From: Eledone cirrhosa
Lineage: Eukaryota
DNA length: 64,000 bases
Reading direction: 5' to 3'
NCBI GenBank assembly: GCA_964016885.1
Contig: OZ024740.1
Coordinates: forward strand, 140,616,001 to 140,680,000
Each line of letters starts with the position of its first letter. Position 1 is the first letter of the stretch. Of this stretch, positions 24,120 to 36,577 are shown one piece after another. The position numbers and the translations under genes are program-made. Under the pieces are notes generated by a model. It had not been told where the DNA came from. It did no database searches and saw only the letters and a list, made by a program, of their open reading frames with translations.

Positions 24120-26492
24120 TATTGATGAAGACAAATTCACCTCTTGCTGCCGGACGAAAAAGCAAGGACTCCCCCTCTTTGTTTCGGCCGCGGTTGGCCA
24201 ACATAACCCCAACCCCATCCCCATCACCCCTCCCGGCGCCCCACCGTCTCCACCCACCAAACGCAATCCAAAACTTCAGAGTTGGTACCATGAATGTAGG
24301 CACCTTAAAAGGTCGCTCTAACGAGGTTGTAGAAATGCTTGAATGTAAGGAGGTTGATGTTTGCTGTATTCAAGAGACCAGGTGGAGGGGTGGGTCTGCT
24401 AGATTCATTGTGGGTAAAAAATAATGCCATAAGCTTTTCTGGGGGGGGGGGGGGGATGACAATGGGCTGGGCGGGGTAGGAATCATGTTAGCAGAAAAAT
24501 GGGCAGATAAGATAATAGACGTAAATAGAGTGAACGACAGAATAATTAGAATAAGATTTCTCCTAAATAGAACTACTGTGACAGTAATATCTGCATATGC
24601 ACCCCAATCCAGACTGCCTGGCGCTATAAAAGACAGATTCTATGAGACGTTAATGCTCACTACCTCCCAAATAACCGACAGTGACTACATAGTTATCGCT
24701 GGCGACCTAAATGGTCACATTGGACAACATTGTGAGGGCTATGACGGAATCCATGGAGGCTATGGGTTTGGTACTAGAAATGAGGAAGACTCCAGAATCC
24801 TGGAATTCTGTGACGCAAATAACCTAATTATCTGTAACACTAACTTTAAAAAATGAGACAATCACTTGATCACCTATAGATCAGGGGAACACGCCAGTCA
24901 GATAGATTATATCCTTACCAGAAGACGTGATAAAGTGTCAGTTCTAAACACTAAATCCCTTCCCCATTAAGAATGCACCTCCCAACATAGACTCATAGTC
25001 AGCGATCTCATAGTTGGGACAAGACGTACTCGACAACAGAGGAGGACTATCCTCAGGAGAAAAATATGGAAGCTAAAGGACCCCACAGCCAGTAATAAAT
25101 TTAAAAGCATATTACTTGATGTTTTCGACAGTAAGGAAGAGCAATTAGAGTCGTACAATATAGAGGAACAGTGGGAATTCCTGAAAGCTAACCTGCTGAA
25201 GGCGGCAGATGAAGTCTGTGGCTGGAGCAGGCCTATAGGCAGGAGGAGAGTAACGTGGTGGTGGAACAGTAAGGTGGAGGAGTCAATTAAGGCTAAAAAG
25301 CAGACTTGGAAAGTATGGCGGGATGGGGGAAGTAGAGAAGACTATCAAGTGGCCAGGAGGGAAGCTAGGAGACAAGTGTACTTGACAAGAAGGGAAGCAG
25401 AGGAAAGAAAGTTCAAGCATGTTCTACAACGCGAGGACCAAAAACGTGAGGTGTTCAGGATTGTTAGGCAATGTGTCAAGGAAAACCGTGATATTGTCGG
25501 GGAGAAGTGTGTCCTTAATGGCAAGTACACTATGTACTTGCCATCACTGACGCTGATAAGATGGTAGCTTGGAAGTGTCACTACGAAAGGCTACTAAATG
25601 AGGAGAATGAATGGGAGAAAGACAGTCTCCCCGACATCGATCCAATAGAGGGACCAGCAGTGCAAGTTGAAGGTAGTAAAATAAGTAAGGCAATCAAAGA
25701 TATGAAGACGGGCAAGGCGGCTGGGCCTTCGGAAATAGTTGCTGAAATGCTGAAAGCATCTGGAACGGTGGGACACACTATGGTCACCCGGATAGTAAAC
25801 CAAGTCATACAGAATGGGGCCGTTCTGAAGGACTGGCGTAGCAGCATCATCATTAACTGCTACAAGGGTAAAGAAGATGCCCTAGATAGGGGTAACTATA
25901 GAGGCATTAAATTAATCAACCAGGTCATGAAGGTCACAGAAAAAGTAATAGCGCAACTAATCAGAGAACGAATTGACCTAGATGAAATGCAGTTCGAGTT
26001 TGTGTCAGGTAAAAGTACCACAGACGCTCTTTTCATTGTATGACAACTACAGGAGAAGTACCTAGCTAAAAGTAAACCCCTATACTTAGGTTTTGTTGAC
26101 TTGGAGAAAGCCTTTGACAGAGTCCCCCGCTCCGTTATCTGGTGGGCTCTTAGAAAACTAGGTGTTGATGAATGGCTTGTGAGAGCTATACAAGCCATGT
26201 ATAAAGAAACAGTCAGCAAGGTTAGAATTAACAACGAATATAGTGAAGAATTTAGCGTAAAAGTTGGTGTTCATCAAGGTTCCGTTCTTAGCCCCCTACT
26301 ATTTATTGCCCTTCAGGCTATAACAGAGGAGCTCAAGACCGGCTGCCCATGGGAACTCCTACATCCAGCCGTAGAAAACCTGCCAGACAGTCCTATACGA
26401 GCATGACAACCAATCTTGCCTCAAATGGGAAAACTCCCGTTCAAACCCATGCAAGCGTGGAAGATCGACGTTAAACGATGATGATGATGATA
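24120..26492 (+). mobile_element. RTE LINE with 5' end and internal deletion
   Basis: APE and N-terminal RT ORF pieces (24122..26406) closely match the copy at 4064-7510. At ~26361 (WELL|HPAV) it jumps directly to the 3' UTR and (GAT)n. Confidence 0.9.
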
Positions 26493-26839
26493 GACATATA
26501 TATAATGGTGTCCATCAGTTGTCAGTTTTTCTCAATGAATGAATTGATTAAATAATTAATCAATTAGTCAGTCTTATAAATTCATAAGTGGGAAAACCAT
26601 TCAAGATAAAAAGTTACCTAATTTACTTTGAGGTTCCAACTGCATGTCACCAGTAATAACAATTGACATTTTTTTGGGGATTGAGAACGTCTTCTAATGA
26701 GCCTGGGATGTTTCACAGTGGAGGATATTCTAATACAAGCTGGTTCTTACACAAGCGAAACTGCAGTTAGGACCTCGTAGTGAATTACGTAAGTTTTATC
26801 ATGTTTGCTTTTCCCACTTATATATATATATGTATATCC

Positions 26840-29098
26840 GAATGGGGGAAGTTGAAAGCACTACAAGGATTCTAGGCGTGAAGCTAGGTGACAGGTATAC
26901 TTTGCAAGAAGGGAAGCAGAAAATAAGAAATTTAAACATGTTCTACAATGCCAGGACCAAAGGCTTGAGGTGTTCAAGATTGTGAGGCAGTATGTCAGGG
27001 AAAATTGTGATGTTGAGGGAGAGAAGTGTGTCCGAGATGGTGTACTTGCACTCACTGAAGTTGAAAAGAGGGTAGTATGGAAGTGCCACTATAAAAGACT
27101 ACTGAATGAGGAGAATGCATGGGAAGAAGATAGTTTGCCCCAAGTAAACCCAACTGAGGGACTGGAAGTACAAGTCAGCAGTAGTATAGTAAAGCAATCA
27201 AGGATATGAAGACAGGCAAAGCAACTGGACCTTCTGGGATAGTTGCTGAGATGCTGAAAGAATCTGGGATGGTGGGTCATGACTTAAACACTCGTATTGT
27301 AAACAAAGTAATACAAACTGATGTCATAACCAATGACTAGCATAACATCATCATCAACTGCTATAAAGGCAAAGGAGCTGTTTAGACCAGAGATTCTCAA
27401 ACTTTTTGGGCTACTGCCCCCATTATGGCCACGTAGTACCTTCAGCGCCCCAACCCTATTTTCAGAGAGACCTACCTACATGCAAATTGTAAATAATATA
27501 TAATAAATAAAATCGTTAATTTATATAATAAATAAAATAATATATACAATCTATTAATAAATATGTATTTTTTATTTTACTATATTTATATATGATATGT
27601 ATCATTTGATATTTAATATAGTATTATATCATCTCTACCACCACCGGCCCCTTAGGCCCCAGTGCCCCCTGGACCTTCTCAACTCCTCCTGGGGATGGTG
27701 GTACCCACTTTGAGAACCTCTGTTTTAAACAGAGAAAACTATAGAGGCATCAAGTTAATTGACCGGGTCATGAAGGTCACAGAAAGAGTTATAGCACAGC
27801 TGGTCAGAGACTGAGTTAACCGCGATGAGATGCAGTTCAGATTTGTGCTAGGTAAAAGTGCCACTGATGCTCTCTTCCTTGTGAGGGGAAGTACCTAGCT
27901 AAAAGTAAACCCCTATACTTGGCACTTGTGGACCTTTTGACAGAGTCCCCCATTCCATTATCTGGTGGGCTCTGAGAAAACTTGGAGTAGATGAGTGGTT
28001 TGTGAGGGCAGTACAAGCCATATATAGAGGAACAGTCAGCAAGATTAGAATTAACAACTATAGTGAAGAATTTAACATGCAGGTAGGAGTACATCAAGAC
28101 TCTGTTCTTAGCCCCCTCTCCTGTTTATTATCATCCTGCAGACTATAACAGAAGAGTTTAAGACTGGCTGCTCATGGGAACTTCTGTATGCTGATGATCT
28201 AACCCTTACGATGAATCTATGGCAGATCTGATGATCTAACCCTTACGATGAAACTATGGCAGATCTAGAGAAAAAATTCCAAACCTGGAAGCAAGGCCTA
28301 GAATCTAAAGGTCTTAAAGTCAACTTGACAAAGACCAAAGTCCTAGTATGTAGACAGGATAACAAGTTCCAGATTCCCTCAGGGAAATGACCTTGCTCAG
28401 TGTGCAGGAAAGGAGTAGGTAGAAACTCCATCCCATGCTCCAAATGCAAACTATGGGAACACAAGAGATGTAGTGGGATTTCAGGTAGGGTAGCAAAAAA
28501 CGCAGGTTTTATATGTGGTCGTTGCACAGGTGCAGTAAGTAGCAACAGCCCACATAATATTAACTTCTTTAACGGCCCAGAAGGCTCGGAAGAAGTAGTT
28601 GATTATTTCCATTACCTGGGTGACCAAATTAGTAGTGGTGGTGGATGTTCTGAAAGTACTGTAGCTAGAGTGAGAATGGGATGGAGAAAATTCAGGGAGC
28701 TACTACTGCTGCTAGCTACAAAAAGGCTTTTACCTCAGAACGTGTATATGAACAGCAATGTTGCATGGCAGTGAGACCTGCGCATTGTGCGTAGAGGACC
28801 TATGAAGATTGGAAAGAAATAAAGCTGGCATGCTTCGATGGATGTGTTATAGTAATATACATGAATGGCAAAGCATAAATGAACTGAGAAAGAAACTGGT
28901 CATAAGAGGGATCAAATGCAGTGTGCAGGAGAGGAGAATGCATTGGTGTAGACATGTGATGCATATGAAGGATGGCAGCTGTATAAAAAAGTGCAGGGTG
29001 TTCAAAGTTGATGGAAGATATGGAGTAGGAAGACTTGGGATGAGGTGATAAAAGATGATTTTGCACAATTGCACCTCTTGAAAGCGATGGCACAGGAA
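26840..29098 (+). mobile_element. Decayed RTE LINE interrupted by a hAT MITE
   Basis: RT motifs across ORFs 26970..27209, 28400..28774 and 28809..29048. Confidence 0.85.
27388..27722. mobile_element. hAT/Charlie-type MITE
   Basis: TIRs CAGAGATTCTCAAA / TTTGAGAACCTCTG with an imperfect 8-bp TSD gtttagac/ttttaaac. Interrupts the RTE at the GDALDRGNYR-equivalent motif. Confidence 0.8.
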
Positions 29099-31162
29099 GG
29101 AGGTTTTTACCGTGTTACCTACACAGCCACATTACAGCGTGGACTGTTTTTTTTGTCGTGACACCTACACAACCTCATTTATTTTGTACTGGATGTTGTG
29201 GTACCAGCATAACTTTACAGAGAGAGGGTGGTGTTGGTGGGAGTGGTGTGGGTGGAGTAGGGGTAGTGGGGTGGGGGTGTATATTTGGTTAAGAGGTGCC
29301 TACTGACTAGGTTTCGCTATGTACATAGGCAAGTCGGGTCTCCTGTATTACTACGTAGCGCCAAAGATCTCGGTCCAGTGACATTGTCTTAGAGAGGTGT
29401 AAGTGTGTAAGGTCAGAATTTATCAAATCGTCCCAGGTTTTTCTGGGTCTACCTACTCCGTAACTTCCATCAATTTTGATCGCCCTGCAGTTTTTTATAC
29501 AGCTGTCGTCTTTCATGCGCATTACATGACCATACAAACGTAGTCTTCTCTCGAGTAAACAGCATCTGATCCCTCTTATTCCTAATTTCTCACTTAGTTC
29601 ATTTATGCTTTGCCGTTCGCGTATATTACACATCCAACAGAGCATGCATGATTTGTTCCTCTGCAGTCTGCGCAGGTCCTCTGCACACAATGCCCATGTC
29701 TCACTGTCATGTAACATTGCTGTTCGTATGCACACATCATACAATCTACCTTTCATTTTTAGAGAGAAACCTTTAGTGGCCAATAGTGGTATAAGCTCTC
29801 TGAACTTTTTCCATTCCGTTCTGACTCTGGCTACTGTACTTTCAGAGCACCCTCCACCACTGCTGATCTTGTCACCCAGGTAACGGAAGGTGTCCACTAT
29901 TTCTATACAACCATCTGGGCAATAGAAGGAGCTGGTATCCTGTGGGCACTTGCTACTTATTGCACCTGAGCATCGGCCACATATAAAATCTACGTTCTTA
30001 GATAGCTTACCTGTGATCCCACTACATCATTTATGTACCCATACTTTGCATTTGGGACATAAAATGGAATTTCTGCCTACTCCTTTCCTACACACTGAGC
30101 ATGGCCATTTCCCAGAGGGGACCTGTGCCCTATTTTCCTTTCTACATACTAGAACTTTAGTCTTAGACAAGTTAACTTTAAGGCCTTTTGATTCTAGGCC
30201 ATGCTTCTATGTTTGGAATTTCTTCTCTAGTTCAGCCATCAATTCAGCTATGAGAGTTAGATCATCAGCGTATAGAAGTTCCCATGGGCAGCCGATCTTG
30301 AACTGCTCTGTTATAGCCTGAAGGGCAATAATAAATAGGAGGGGGCTAAGGACAGAGCCTTGATGAACACCAACTTTTAACTAAATTCTTCACTATATTT
30401 GTTGTTAATTCTAATCTTGCTGACTGTTTCTTTATACATGGCTTGTATAGCTCTTACAAGCCATTCATCAACACCTAGTTTTCTAAGAGCCCACCAGATA
30501 ATGGAGCAGGGGACTCTGTCAAAGGCTTTCTCCAAGTCAATAAAAGCTAAGTAGAGGGGTTTACTTTTAGCTAGGTACTTCTCCTGTAGTTGTCGTACAC
30601 GGAAAAGAGCGTCTGTGGTACTTTTACCTTACACAAACCCAAACTGCATTTCATCTAGATCAATGCAACTCTCTGATTAGTTGCGCTATAACTCTTTCTG
30701 TGACCTTCATGACCTGGTCAACTAATTTAATGCCTCTGTAGTTTCCCCTATCTAGAGCATCTCCTTTACCCTTGTAGCAGTTAATGATGCTGCTGCTACG
30801 CCAGTCATTTGATATGATCCCATTCTGTATTACTTGGTTTACTATCCGGGTGACCATAGTGTGCCCCACAATTCCAGATGCTTTCAGCATTTCAGCAATT
30901 ATCACCGAAGGCCCAGCTGCCTTGCCTGTCTTCATATCTTTGATTGCCTTACTTATTATACTACCTTTAACTTGCACTGCTGGTCCCTCTATTGAATTGA
31001 TTTGGGGATAAGAAGCTACCTTCTTATCAGCATCAGTGATGGCAAGTACACCATCATCATTACGGACACACTTCTCCCTGACAATATCACTGTGTTCCTT
31101 GACACATTGTCTTGCAATCCTGAACACCTCACGTTTTTGGTCCTCGCGTTGTAGAACATGCT
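29099..31162 (-). mobile_element. RTE LINE (RT + 3' UTR), tail-to-tail with the preceding copy
   Basis: ORFs 29307..29897 and 30660..31190 on the minus strand; YADD near 30265. Confidence 0.9.
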
Positions 31163-32914
31163 GTAGTCCATCTAGCATATCGGAAAGCAACCAGGTCTAA
31201 ACTTAAGGAGTAATAGCCGAGGCGGTGGTTTTGTGAAAGAGATTGGTAAGAGAAACATATTTTAAGCCACTGAATTATGATTGGACCAAATAGTAATGGT
31301 GGCGTGTGGGGGCGGTGGGAGGGGGGATGGGAAAGCTAACAAGAAGCTTATTTTTATATAAAGGACCTACAGATTCGACCTTAATTATGAAAAGTTAAAC
31401 GAATGTTTAACTTAAACGGACAACGACAATTCGGCAGTAATGTTCTACAACAAGATACGAGAAATTCTAATTCATAACTCTGAACCGATTTATCTTATAT
31501 TTGCGGAGAGAGAGTGAGGGGGTGAGAGGACATGTAAGCATATAAACAATGTATGTGGGGAAAGAAAGAAGGTTCCTGAAGGAAGGTTCCCGAAGGAAGG
31601 TTCCCGAAGGAATTAATAATAACAATAGGAAAGTTAACGGGAAGCTTATTTTTATATAAAGGACTTACAGATTCAACCTTAATTATGAAAAGTTAAACGA
31701 ACGTTTAACTTAAACGGACAATTTAAATACTGATAAGTAAATGGACCAAGAAGCATGGAGAGACAACAAGAAAAGACAAGAAAATATATATATAATTAAT
31801 TAAAAGTTGGTTAGAAGCGAAGTCAATGCAGACATACAGACATACAGACAGATATTATAAGGGCGCGACGTTATAGCTATGTATGTATCTAAAAAGACAG
31901 AGTAAGAAAGAGAGAGGAATGTCATATTTTATATATTATATATAATAAAAAGTACCAGTAATGCACTAAGATAATTGCTGGCCTTGTGCCAAAAGTAGAA
32001 ACAATTATACTTCTTTTTTATACAACTGTAAATAACATGTTTATTTATGTATATATATTTATATATACATATAAAGGAATGCTGTAATAAAATGTACAAA
32101 TTAAAATGTCTCTTATTTAGGATACTAGCACTATATATATATATATACACTATATATATAGATATATATATACACTATATATATAGATATATACACACAC
32201 TATATATATAGATATATACACACACTATATATATACACACACAGTGAAGTCAATGTACAGAATGGTTTTCGTAATGCAGACATTCAGACAGATATTATAA
32301 GGGCGCGACGCTATAGCTATGTATCTATTTAAAAAGACAGACTAAGAAAGAGAGAGAATGCTAACCAGAAGTGTTGACATTTGAAAATTTTAAAGAAGTG
32401 AATATTTAAATAAGCAATAAAATATCTTTAATCTTTTAACTAAATTTAGTAGACAAAAATACCTTCACTTTCTTACTTGGAAAAAGTTACATCTATGGTG
32501 TAAATTTGGTGCTTTTTGGTCCAGCCGTTTGGCGAAAAGTTTGTTACATACATACGGCCGTCAGCTTTATAATATATATATATATATTAAGTTGTTAAAC
32601 AATATTCGATGATTATGTCAAAGACTGATTTTTTTTCAAAGTGATCGCTGCCAGTAACAAATTCGAAAGGGTGAAAATTATCACGTGGCTAGCGGTCAAG
32701 ATAGAAGTGTTGTGACGGGTAGACTGGTGGTCAGTAAGTTCATTCCTAGAAGAAGCAGTTAGTTACCACCTAACTTTACTCAACCGTAAGGGAGTTAGAA
32801 CAAAGTCAGAAGGAACACATATATTTAAACATAAGCATAGATACATATATGAGTGTAGCCTACCTTCAACGGTGTGGCTCAATGAATGAATTAAATAAAT
32901 AATCATTAATCAGA

Positions 32915-33102
32915 GCTATTGGCAGTATTGGTAGAGGATCGGACGCCATGCTTTGCAGCATAGAGTTCGGCCCTTTACGGTCTGAGTTCAAATCCCACCA
33001 AGGTTAACTTTGCCTTTCATCCTTACGGGTTCGATAAAACAAAGTACCAGTAATACATTGGGATAATTGCTGCCCTTGTGCCAAAAGTAGAAACAATTAT
33101 TA
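32915..33102 (+). mobile_element. tRNA-derived SINE (second family)
   Basis: TTGGCAGTATTGGTAGAG...GAGTTCAAATCC B box...TTTGCCTTTCATCC...CCTTGTGCCAAAAGTAGAAACAATTATTA. Confidence 0.7.
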
Positions 33103-34309
33103 AAATAAGTTGGATTACTGTGAATAAATCATGAATGAATATTATGTAATTCATCTACTAAATTTCTTAGCTCTTGATTAAACATAAATAATCTTATATA
33201 TAATGTATTGCTTATTTCAAGATTCACTTCTGTTAAAACTTTCAAATGTCAACTTCCGTTAGTGTTTGTTGGATCATAACGTTTATATTTCCGTCGCTAA
33301 TTTCATTTTCTCCTTTTTCGTTTTCATAACATTTTGCCGTAATGCCATTTATATATAATATCATCTTTTTTAATTGTATCATGGATTACGTTACTGATTA
33401 CATAAGAAAGTGTAACACAGTCTTTGTTCAATATCTGTGCATATTGTCAATTTACTTTTCAATTTATGTATCATATCTATATGCATATATATTTGCGTAT
33501 ATTATCAATATGCACACTACACATGCTACCAGAAAACTGCCCACAGGGCGGTTTTTCTGCTAGTATATATAATAATACAATGTATTGGTACATGATAATC
33601 ACATTCTTCTAGGTTTGTCTAAGTGGTAATTTGAGCATGTATGTTCTTTGATATTTTCCTCCCTCCCCTTCTCTCTCTCTCTCATACACATAGTATTGAC
33701 AAGACATATCCACTCTCTTGACAGTCACTAACAACAGAGCTCTATACCAATGTACCTATCTATGTTTGGATCATAAAAACAGCATCTATCTATCTATCTG
33801 TCTGTCGTATGTCTGTCTGCCTGTCTATCTGTTTCTCTCTATCTCTCTATTTACCTACCCATCTATCTATAGCTGTCTATTTATGTATATTTACCAATGT
33901 ATCTATCTTCAGACCAGAACAACAACAACAACAACAACAAAGCATGAATCTCAATAGCAGCCTGGAGATAGATAGACACATAGGTACAAAAATGTCATCA
34001 TAATTTAGTTGATATACATTTGTTTATTATTAAAGAAAATATGGAAGAAAATTGTTGTAATTGATTTAAATGAATGCAAAGTGAAATAAGGCAATAACCT
34101 CAGTGACAAGTGGAGGAAGAAGGTCTAAGAAAACTCAAGGATTCAAGCATTTTACATAGAATATTGTTATCAAAGAATTAAATATTTTTTACTATAAACC
34201 CTATCATTATTTATGGGCACTATGCTAATATATATGTGTGTGTATGTGTGTATACACTCACACACACACATACACGCACACACACACACACACACATATA
34301 TATGGGGGG

Positions 34310-35830
34310 CTATAGTGTAGGAAGACCTAGGAAGACTTGGAATGAAGTTATAAAAGCTGACCTTGCACAATTGCATCTCTCAAAGGCAATGGCACAGGAT
34401 CGAAATCTCTGGTGTTAGACAGTAAAACAAGACTTGCCTTCCCAACGTGCACAAGTTGAAGTATACATTTAATATGCACCACTTTCCACTATCTTCCCCT
34501 CCCCTGTCAACACACACCACCCTTCACCCATGTCCCATATATCCTCTGCTGTTACTGCCCATGTTTCAGAGCCATGCAGCATATCATTTTGCACACAAGC
34601 GACATACAGCCAGCCTTCATTTGGAGTGAGAAACCTTTTGTTCTCAACGAGGTAGTAGTTCTCCAAACTTCTTCCATCCTATCCTTATTCTAGCTACTAT
34701 GCTCTCAGAGAATCCTCCTCTACTGCTAATTAAATCACCTAGATAACAGAAGCTATCAACCACTTCTATGGATCTTTCCTTGAAAAGATTTCTATCATTG
34801 TAACTGAGTCTTCTTTTCCTGTTAGTCTACCTGTTATCCCACTCTATTTCTTGTGTACCCAAGATTTACATTGTGTACATTGTATAGAGTTTATGCCTAC
34901 TCTTTTTTGTACATATTGAGCACTATTTTTGGCCTAGTTTACTCTCAACCCTTTCGATTCAAAATTCTGTTTCAATAGTCGGAACTTAATCTCTAGTTCT
35001 TCCATAGTCTAACTATGAGGAACAGATCATCAGGATACAGAATTTTCCATTGACAGTCAGTCTTAAACTTCTCTGTTATGGCCTGGAGAACTATAATGAA
35101 CAGAAGTGGGCTAAAGACCAAACCCTGATGAACTCCTATCTGTACCTTGAGTTCCTCACTAAACTCACTTCCTACTCTCACTTTACTGATAGCGCCTCTG
35201 TACATAGCTTGCAATGCTCTCACAAGTCACTCTTCTACCATTAGTTTCCTTAGGGAGAATCAGATGTCAGATCAAGGTACTCTGTTAAAGGCCTTTTCTA
35301 GATCAACGAAAGTTAAATATAGCCACTTAATTTTGACTAGGAACTTCTCTTGTAGGTGTCTCACTCAGAAAAGGGCATCTGTAACCAAACTGCATCTTGT
35401 CTAACTTTATTCATTACCTAATTAATTGTGCATAAACTCTTCCTGTCACTTCACTAACTTGGTCCATTAGTTCTATTCCTCTGTAGTTGTTCCTTTCTAG
35501 AACATCACCTTTTCCATTGTAGCAATTAATGAGTATACAGCTGTGCCTGTCCTTAGGAATGACACCGTCTTGTATTACCTGATTGACTATGCAGGTGACT
35601 AGTTCAGCTCCTACTTCTCCTGATGCTTTTAGCATCTCAGCAACTATCTCTGATGTTGCTGCAGTTTTACCATTCTTCATCTCTAAATGCTTCTTTGACC
35701 TTATAACTGTCAATTTCGATTGCTTGTCCCTTTGTTGGGTTGGCTGGGGGTAGTCCTTCATCCTCCATTTCATTCTCCACATTCATCAGCCTCTCATAGT
35801 AATATTTGCAGGCCTTTTTCTTTTGAGCAT
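34310..35830 (-). mobile_element. Old RTE LINE fragments (short + strand piece at 34310-34460, then minus-strand RT)
   Basis: ORFs 34469..34666, 34993..35223 (HQGLVFSP, YPDD) and 35414..35782. Confidence 0.8.
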
Positions 35831-36577
35831 CAGTGAATCTAATTTGTGTTTGATGGTGCATTTTTCTCTGGACTTCACCATAGCCTGCAAGGTCCATGTC
35901 TGCCATGTGCAGTCATTTTTAATCAGCATCTGCCTTCCTAGATGGGCTGCCTTCACTACAATTTATGGAGTCTACATCTGCCTCAGGCAGTCTTATTTTA
36001 TTTAGGAATAACTGCTCTCTTAAACTCTCATCTACACCAGATGGTCATGGCTGCCACTCATGCAACATAAGGATCCCTCATTTTCTTACACAGCTTAGTT
36101 ATGATCCACACTAGTAGGCAGTGATAGTAGCATACTGGAAGATGGTGGTGGCTAATGAGAAGGCAGTGGTGGCAGACCGGAAGGCAGAGGGGGGTGGGGT
36201 GGACAGATGTTATATGGTGATGGGATGGGGAAAATCGCAAGTAAAGTAACATTTATGGTCAAATGATGGTTGACAGAGAAACAAGAGAAAAAGAGAACAA
36301 AACATGTGTACTGAGCTTTTGTTAGTGTTTCAAATTCATTTAAATTTGACTTGCTTGTTGTTAAATCTCGATAGAATAGACAAAATTGAGAAAGGAAGTG
36401 AGCTGAAATAATTGTGTCAACCATCATTTGACTATAAATGTTACTTTCTTCTTGCCTTTGCGATTTTCCCTGTCATCATCGTACCTTCTTTCTTACATGG
36501 CATGACCTCTTCTCTCTCACAGAATCACTATTTCCTGCTCTCCCACTTCCTATATTAATGCACACTTCATATATATA

